NCBI GenBank assembly: GCA_043800755.1
Contig: JAZDMQ010000061.1
Span: forward strand, 1-11,766
Length of the DNA: 11,766 nt
Reading direction: 5' to 3'
From: a bacterium
GTDB lineage: Bacteria; Methylomirabilota; Methylomirabilia; CAVQYV01
Made by a program: the position numbers and the translations under genes
Notes under the pieces: generated by a model
Told to the model about the DNA's origin: nothing
The model's input: only the letters and a program-made list of their open reading frames with translations
Databases searched by the model: none
Part shown: piece by piece, positions 6,257 to 11,766 of the stretch
Layout: each line of letters begins with the position of its first letter
Position numbering within the stretch: position 1 is the stretch's first letter

Positions 6257-8203
6257 ATGAAAAACGAAGAAAAGGGGAGAAAGATAGGCAGCGTCACCCA
6301 AGAGGTGAGTCTCCTCACCGATCAGGATATCTACCTCTTCAAAGAGGGGAATCACTTTCGACTCTACGAAAAGATGGGGGCCCATGTCGTGACGGCAGGC
6401 GGGGTTGAGGGGACTTACTTTGCAGTGTGGGCACCCAATGCTAGGTCGGTGGCGGTCATCGGCGATTTCAACGGATGGAATTCCACCTCCCATCCTTTAA
6501 ACGCCAGGTGGGACGGCTCGGGCATCTGGGAGGGCTTCATCCCGGGCCTTGGCCAGGGTGTCATCTACAAGTATCACATTGTCTCTAAGTTCAAGCGCTA
6601 TCGGGTGGACAAGGGGGATCCCTTTGCCCTTTGCTGGGAGACCCCGCCCAAGACGGCCTCCATGGTGTGGGATCTGCGCTATGAGTGGAAAGACCAGGGA
6701 TGGATGAAGGAGCGCCATCGGCCGAACGCCCTGGGCAGCCCTCTCTCCGTCTATGAGGTCCACCTGGGTTCCTGGCGGAGGGTGCCAGGGGAGCCCCCCC
6801 GATTCCTCACCTACCGGGAGATGGCCCCATCCCTCGCCGAATATGTGAAAAGCAATGGCTTTACCCATGTGGAGTTCTTGCCGGTGATGGAGCACCCCTT
6901 CTATGGCTCCTGGGGGTATCAAACCGTGGGGTACTTCGCCCCCACCAGTCGCTATGGCCCCCCGGAGGACTTCATGTATCTCATTGATTACCTCCATCAA
7001 TACGACATCGGGGTGATCTTAGACTGGGTTCCCTCTCACTTCCCGGCGGATGAGCACGGACCGGCTTATTTCGACGGCACCCATCTCTACGAGCACGCTG
7101 ATCTGCGCCAAGGATTCCATCCGGACTGGAGCAGCTACATCTTCAACTACGGGCGCAATGAGGTGCGGGCCTTCCTGATCAGCAATGCCCTCTTCTGGCT
7201 GGACAGATACCACGCCGATGCCCTGCGGATCGATGCGGTCGCCTCCATGCTCTATCTGGACTACTCCCGGAAGCAGGGGGAGTGGATCCCCAACCGGTAT
7301 GGAGGACGAGAGAACATCGAGGCGGTCAGCTTCCTTAAACGCCTGAACGAGGTGGTCTATGGGGAATTCCCGGATGCCCAGACCATCGCGGAAGAATCCA
7401 CCGCCTGGCCCATGGTGACCCGGCCCCTCTATCTCGGGGGTCTGGGCTTCGGCATGAAGTGGAACATGGGCTGGATGCACGATACCCTGGCGTATCTGTC
7501 CAGGGATCCCATCCATCGCAAGTTCCACCACGACCAATTGACCTTCAGCGTGTGGTATGCCTTCTCCGAGAACTTTCTCCTGGCCCTATCCCACGACGAG
7601 GTCGTTCACGGCAAGGGCTCCCTGATCGGAAAGATGCCCGGAGACGATTGGCAGAAGTTTGCCAACCTCCGGCTCCTCTTCGGCTATATGTTTACCCATC
7701 CGGGCAAGAAGCTCCTCTTCATGGGGGGAGAATTCGGACAGTGGCGAGAGTGGGCCCATGAGGAGAGCTTGGACTGGCATCTGCTGGAGTATGGGCCCCA
7801 TCAGGGCCTTCAGCAATGGGTGAGAGATTTGAACCGGTTCTATCGGGAGGAGCCGGCCCTGTATGAGCTGGATTTCGAGCGCAATGGGTTCGAATGGATC
7901 GACTTTCGCGATTGGGAGAATAGCCTCATCAGCTTCATTCGGAGGGGAAGATCCACCAAGGGCCTCCTGCTCGTGGTCTGCAACTTTACCCCGGTCCCCC
8001 GGCACAGCTACCGGGTGGGGGTTCCGGTGGACGGATTCTGGAGAGAGGCATTAAACAGCGATGCGAAAGAGTACGGGGGCAGCGGCCAGGGCAATTTCGG
8101 CGGATTGGAGGCGGATCCGATCCCCTTCCACGGCAGGCCCTATTCCCTTTCCCTCACCTTGCCGCCTCTCAGCATCATTTGCTTGCAGCGAAAAGAAGCT
8201 TAG
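6257..8203 (+). CDS. glgB: 1,4-alpha-glucan (glycogen) branching enzyme, GH13_9, short N-terminus type
   Basis: [37 protein letters not shown] (nucleophile Asp), IAEEST (acid/base Glu), [20 protein letters not shown]. Confidence 0.96.
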   Translation: MKNEEKGRKIGSVTQEVSLLTDQDIYLFKEGNHFRLYEKMGAHVVTAGGVEGTYFAVWAPNARSVAVIGDFNGWNSTSHPLNARWDGSGIWEGFIPGLGQGVIYKYHIVSKFKRYRVDKGDPFALCWETPPKTASMVWDLRYEWKDQGWMKERHRPNALGSPLSVYEVHLGSWRRVPGEPPRFLTYREMAPSLAEYVKSNGFTHVEFLPVMEHPFYGSWGYQTVGYFAPTSRYGPPEDFMYLIDYLHQYDIGVILDWVPSHFPADEHGPAYFDGTHLYEHADLRQGFHPDWSSYIFNYGRNEVRAFLISNALFWLDRYHADALRIDAVASMLYLDYSRKQGEWIPNRYGGRENIEAVSFLKRLNEVVYGEFPDAQTIAEESTAWPMVTRPLYLGGLGFGMKWNMGWMHDTLAYLSRDPIHRKFHHDQLTFSVWYAFSENFLLALSHDEVVHGKGSLIGKMPGDDWQKFANLRLLFGYMFTHPGKKLLFMGGEFGQWREWAHEESLDWHLLEYGPHQGLQQWVRDLNRFYREEPALYELDFERNGFEWIDFRDWENSLISFIRRGRSTKGLLLVVCNFTPVPRHSYRVGVPVDGFWREALNSDAKEYGGSGQGNFGGLEADPIPFHGRPYSLSLTLPPLSIICLQRKEA

Positions 8204-8214
8204 CAAAAGGGGAG

Positions 8215-8244
8215 GGGCGAGGTTGCCCATTTCAACCTCAGCCC
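8215..8244. terminator. Hairpin between convergent glgB and oxidoreductase genes, possible terminator or 3'-end protector
   Basis: GGGCGAGGTTG-cccattt-CAACCTC(A)GCCC. Only a short U-run (from caaaa) lies a few nt away on the minus strand. Confidence 0.45.
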
Positions 8245-8256
8245 TGAGCCGGTCGG

Positions 8257-9480
8257 TCACCCCTTGATCCGCCGGGCGATGATCCCCGCCACTTTCTTGG
8301 CGGTGAAGACGCAGGATTCATGGCAGGGGAACCGGAAGAAGTCACCCACCACGAAGACATTCTCCTGGTTCGTGGTCACATCTACCAACTTGCCCCCAGG
8401 CTGCATGACGGTGATGGCCGGGGACCATCCCAGCCGCTCGATGATCTTGAATTGATGGAACACTGCGCCCAGATCTCCATCCGGGCGGTAGAGGAAGATG
8501 CCACAGAAGGAGCGGCCATCTGGATGGTGCCTCAATTCCCCCCCGTGCACCCCATGGCCATTCCCCTCCTTGGGAAAGATCAGGAGGTCATAGGGCCGAT
8601 ACTGGGGGACGGTGGCCTCTAAGATGACCCCGCGGGTCTTGGGGGCGAAGACCTCAAAGTTGAGGTCCGGCATCAGGGATTTGGCCGTCCTTCCACCCGT
8701 GGCCAGGATGCAGTAGTCGTAGGGGCCCTCCCACTTGGCTGGTCCTTCCTTCCCTCCGTCCTCCTCCACCTCCACCAGAAACTTCTTTTGATCATCACAT
8801 CGGACCTTTTTGACCCGGGAGCACACTCTCACCTCTCCGGACAACTGCCCCTGCAGTTGCCGGGCGACCTCGCCCATCCCTTTCTTTGCAGAGTAGCAGG
8901 GGGTGATGGAATAGCTGAGGAGGAATAGGCCGTGATCGGCGGAGATCTCCTCCGGGTCCACATAGGCAAAGCTGGCAAAGGGTTGGACGAAATAGTTGAT
9001 CAGGGTATCGCTGAACCTGGCCTCCCTCCGGCAGAATTCCAGCAGGGACATCGAATGCCACTGGAGCAGTCGCTCGTCTGGCTGCTGGAAGTCGAAATTG
9101 AGGGAGGTCAAGAGCCCTTTTAGTCGGGACCACCTCCAGAAGTCCGAGAGGCCGAAGAGCCGGCTCTTGAAGATCGACCATTGATCCAAGGGGATCAGGC
9201 GTTGGCCCAGTTGCAGGGCGAACCTGGACATCGCAATCGGCCGATAGTCGATGCCCAATTCATGAATCAGCTCGCTGAAGCAGGGATTCAATTTGAGGGA
9301 GAACATCAGGGCGCCCCGATTGACATAGACCCCATCCCTCTCCAAGGTGGAAAACCTGCCCCCGGCCTCGGGCCTCTTTTCATAAATCACGGACTCCAGT
9401 CCATGCTTCCGTAGATGATAGGCGGTGGCCAATCCTGCAATGCCACCGCCGATGATGGCAATCCTTGGCTGCAAAGTCAT
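8257..9480 (-). CDS. FAD-dependent oxidoreductase, flavin amine-oxidase/protoporphyrinogen-oxidase-like superfamily, substrate unknown
   Basis: IAIIGGGIAGLATAYHL Rossmann motif, YEK...GGR, and C-terminal VFVVGD. ATG at 9480 has an AAAGGGG SD; alternative GTG start at 9504. Confidence 0.8.
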   Translation of the reverse strand: MTLQPRIAIIGGGIAGLATAYHLRKHGLESVIYEKRPEAGGRFSTLERDGVYVNRGALMFSLKLNPCFSELIHELGIDYRPIAMSRFALQLGQRLIPLDQWSIFKSRLFGLSDFWRWSRLKGLLTSLNFDFQQPDERLLQWHSMSLLEFCRREARFSDTLINYFVQPFASFAYVDPEEISADHGLFLLSYSITPCYSAKKGMGEVARQLQGQLSGEVRVCSRVKKVRCDDQKKFLVEVEEDGGKEGPAKWEGPYDYCILATGGRTAKSLMPDLNFEVFAPKTRGVILEATVPQYRPYDLLIFPKEGNGHGVHGGELRHHPDGRSFCGIFLYRPDGDLGAVFHQFKIIERLGWSPAITVMQPGGKLVDVTTNQENVFVVGDFFRFPCHESCVFTAKKVAGIIARRIKG

Positions 9481-9509
9481 GATGATCAATCGCCCCTTTC
9501 TCACCCAGG

Positions 9510-10301
9510 TTAATAGGTCCCCTTGTACATTCCTCCATCCAGCGTGAACATCACCCCGGTCGCATAGGAGGCCGCAGGGGAGCAGAGGAAGGTGGCCACG
9601 CGGGCGAACTCCTCCGGACGGCCCATCCGGCCAAGTGGGCTGCTGGCCGTCTGCTTGCGGATCTCTTCCTCGACGGTGGTGCCCAGCCTGCGCGCTTGAT
9701 CCGATACCAACTCCAACACCCTCTCGGTTTCGGTCCAGCCGGGCAAGATGCTGTTGAAGCGAATGCCCTCGTTGCCCAATTCCAGGGCCAGGGTCTTGGT
9801 CAGGCCGGCGACGGCGGCACGGATCGAGTTGGATAACACCAGGTTGGGAATGGGTTGTTTGATGGAGAAGGAGGTGATGGTCAACACCGCGGGGGCCTTA
9901 GATTTGCGCAGGTGGGGCAGGGCGGCACGAATGAGGCGCACCGCGCTCATCAGCAACAGGTTGACCGCGGTTTGCCACGCCTGATCATCGAATTCCTCGA
10001 AGCGTCCAGGGGGTGGCCCGCCGGAGTTGGTGATCAGGATATCGAGCCCTCCCAATCCCCTCACCGTCTCTTCCACCAGGCGAGAGGGCACCTCGGGATC
10101 GGAGACATCCCCGGGAAGGGCGATGACCTGGGCGCCGGTCTCTTTGGAGATAGCCTGAGCCGCGGCCTGGACCCTGACAGCATCCCGGTCATTGATTGCT
10201 ATTCGGGCTCCTTCCTGGGCCAGTTGTAGGGCGGTCGCTGCTCCCAACCCGCGACCCGCCCCGGCGATGAGGGCGACCTTTTCTTTCAGTCCTAAATCCA
10301 T
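9510..10301 (-). CDS. Short-chain dehydrogenase/reductase, beta-ketoacyl reductase-like subgroup with SNxxR in place of YxxxK
   Basis: AGAGRGLG cofactor motif, LDILITNSGGPPPG, LSNSIRAA, NSILPG, PLGRMGRPEE, LDGG. SD GGAG upstream. Confidence 0.9.
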   Translation of the reverse strand: MDLGLKEKVALIAGAGRGLGAATALQLAQEGARIAINDRDAVRVQAAAQAISKETGAQVIALPGDVSDPEVPSRLVEETVRGLGGLDILITNSGGPPPGRFEEFDDQAWQTAVNLLLMSAVRLIRAALPHLRKSKAPAVLTITSFSIKQPIPNLVLSNSIRAAVAGLTKTLALELGNEGIRFNSILPGWTETERVLELVSDQARRLGTTVEEEIRKQTASSPLGRMGRPEEFARVATFLCSPAASYATGVMFTLDGGMYKGTY

Positions 10302-10339
10302 AGTCCACTCCTTTGCTGCAATGGGATTCTTCGCTCTGC

Positions 10340-10368
10340 TATTTACTCTTCCCCGCCCCTCTTGTCAA
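10340..10368 (-). promoter_or_regulatory. sigma70-type promoter for the SDR/oxidoreductase pair
   Basis: TTGACA (10368-10363), 17-nt spacer, TAAATA (10345-10340), about 40 nt upstream of the SDR ATG. Confidence 0.55.
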
Positions 10369-10429
10369 TGGGCGATTTCCCCAGTCTTCGGATGCGTCCT
10401 TGCTGGTGGCCGCCGCAGGCTTTTTCCCC

Positions 10430-10458
10430 TTGACCCCGGCCCTGCACTCCGGCAATAT
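10430..10458 (+). promoter_or_regulatory. Possible sigma70 promoter for the hydrolase
   Basis: TTGACC, 17-nt spacer, CAATAT. Confidence 0.4.
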
Positions 10459-10496
10459 AGGGAGGGAGCAGGAGATCATCTCGTCTCGAAGAAGAA

Positions 10497-10524
10497 GGGG
10501 GACCCTGTTGCCTGAGGGTCCCCC
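10497..10524 (+). repeat. Perfect 10-bp GC-rich inverted repeat in the hydrolase 5' region
   Basis: GGGGGACCCT-gttgcctg-AGGGTCCCCC, immediately before the SD-like GGGAG (10525-10529). Confidence 0.7.
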
Positions 10525-10539
10525 GGGAGCTAAACCGTA

Positions 10540-11472
10540 ATGGGCTATGGTTCTGGCGTGAGGCTATTCTCCCTGTGTTGTCTGTCCCTCCTGGTTTCCA
10601 TCGGCTGCCATCCCAAGGATTACAACCTGTTGTATCCTGTGCAGCCCTCGCCGGAGATCTGCCGGGAGGCCGAGATCTTCGAGTGGGGTCCGCTCCGGGT
10701 TCATTGGATCGCCTACTATCCCGAGGGGAGGGACCACCTGCCCGCAGTACTGGTCCATCCGGACAAGGACGGGCTGGCCAGCGATATGGAAGGGATTTGC
10801 CTGACCCTGGCGCGGTGGGGCTATTTCGCTGCGGCAGTTCATTATCAGCGGCTGGAGAATCTGAGGGAGGAAAACCCGCTCATTGCCTTCAAAACCTTTG
10901 AAGAAGGGATGGCAGGTTACCGGTATCTGTTGGGGCATCCCCGGGTGGACCCAGGGCGCATTGGGCTCTTGGGATTCAGTAAGGGGGGAATGCATTCGCT
11001 GCTTATCGCGGCGGTGGAGCCGACTGTGAAGGCGGTAGTCGCCTATTATCCCCTGGGCGACTTTGAGGAATGGCTGGATGTCAGCCGATATCCCTTCCCC
11101 AGATCCCTGCTCATTCGGGGGATCCGAAGACACATCGTGAAGGATCTCGGGGTCTCCGGATGGGAAGAGGCCATGGCTCAGCTCAAGACGGCATCTCCCA
11201 TCAACCATGTGGTGGATATCCAAGCCCCGGTCCTGCTGATACACGGAGAGAGGGATCGCAAGGTGCCCGTCAGGCAATCCGAGCGCCTCTACCGGGATTT
11301 GCAGGCGGCAGGGAAGAGCTGTGAGCTGCTCATCATCCCCGGTGCCGGCCATGTCTTCAACTTTCGGGACGAGGAACAGGGGAGGATGGCCTGGAAAAAG
11401 ACGCTGCAGTTCTTGGATGGACAACTGAAGGCAGATGTTTCTGAGCCTTCTTCAGAGGGCAGGCTGCGATAA
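10540..11472 (+). CDS. Exported alpha/beta hydrolase (dienelactone hydrolase / S9 peptidase-like), possible lipoprotein
   Basis: Nucleophile elbow GFSKGG, PVLLIHGERD (Asp), GAGH (His). Hydrophobic N-terminus ending SIGC (imperfect lipobox). Confidence 0.85.
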   Translation: MGYGSGVRLFSLCCLSLLVSIGCHPKDYNLLYPVQPSPEICREAEIFEWGPLRVHWIAYYPEGRDHLPAVLVHPDKDGLASDMEGICLTLARWGYFAAAVHYQRLENLREENPLIAFKTFEEGMAGYRYLLGHPRVDPGRIGLLGFSKGGMHSLLIAAVEPTVKAVVAYYPLGDFEEWLDVSRYPFPRSLLIRGIRRHIVKDLGVSGWEEAMAQLKTASPINHVVDIQAPVLLIHGERDRKVPVRQSERLYRDLQAAGKSCELLIIPGAGHVFNFRDEEQGRMAWKKTLQFLDGQLKADVSEPSSEGRLR

Positions 11473-11510
11473 GCAGTAAGGCCTGGGTCTGCCCCTTCGG
11501 ACCATTTGGA

Positions 11511-11766
11511 TCAACATTCCCCCTTCCCGTAACTGCGAATGATCTCCTGCCCTTGCTTTGAGACGAGGAATTCCCAAAACTTGGCTGCCAACGCCGCTCC
11601 CGGGGTGGCCTGCTGCGGCTGGCAAAGGGTGTGATAGGTGTTGACCAGGAACTTGTCGCCCCGGAACAGGACCTTCAGGTCGGGAAGATTGGTTTTCTCC
11701 ATGATCCAGGTGCTGCTGTCGGTCATGAAGTAACCCTTCTCATCGTTGGCTCGCTTGAGGGTTGCC
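11511..11766 (-). CDS. 3' end of a second, divergent TupA-like substrate-binding protein (runs off the window, possibly C-terminally truncated)
   Basis: The frame is open to the window edge: ATLKRANDEKGYFMTDSSTW...LFRGDKFLVNTYH...AAKFWEFLVSKQGQEIIRSYGKGEC*. It aligns with this window's TupA segment VLNMAHEKKAYTLADRGTY...EGDPILFNPYH...AMKMVEWVTSPEGQKIIREF. Confidence 0.8.
   Translation of the reverse strand, partial: ATLKRANDEKGYFMTDSSTWIMEKTNLPDLKVLFRGDKFLVNTYHTLCQPQQATPGAALAAKFWEFLVSKQGQEIIRSYGKGEC

Noticed and set aside
5374..8005. Minus-strand ORFs opposite the NYN gene and glgB
   Set aside because: Antisense shadows without recognisable domains.
8201..8203. Genome-wide TAG recoding
   Set aside because: glgB and tupA both end at TAG where their families normally end, so TAG functions as a stop here.
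10564..11424. 286-aa minus-strand ORF
   Set aside because: Shadow of the hydrolase, which has a complete catalytic triad.
1..11766. CRISPR array, IS/transposase, integrase, tRNA or defence island
   Set aside because: No regularly spaced repeats, terminal inverted repeats, recombinase motifs or cloverleaf structures were seen.

Overview
GC-rich bacterial window, Desulfobacterota/deltaproteobacterial in style (inference). Left arm, minus strand: a tungstate ABC transporter operon tupA-tupB-tupC. It is driven by a sigma70 promoter whose leader holds a Moco-family riboswitch aptamer lacking P3 (the tungsten-associated 'Tuco' variant), followed by an intrinsic terminator. tupB appears to start at a non-canonical ACG and is in frame with tupA across a single TAG. 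Divergently on the plus strand: degP/htrA, a collapsed chimeric remnant (MgtA-type P-type ATPase N- and C-termini plus DedA fragments), an NYN-LOTUS protein and glgB. Then, on the minus strand, an atypical SDR plus an FAD-dependent oxidoreductase; a divergent alpha/beta hydrolase; and the 3' end of a second, divergent and apparently truncated tupA-like gene. No mobile element, CRISPR array, tRNA or rRNA is seen. I see no clearly new multi-gene system. The best leads are the riboswitch and its switching mechanism, the tupB start anomaly, the deletion chimera and the second TupA paralog.
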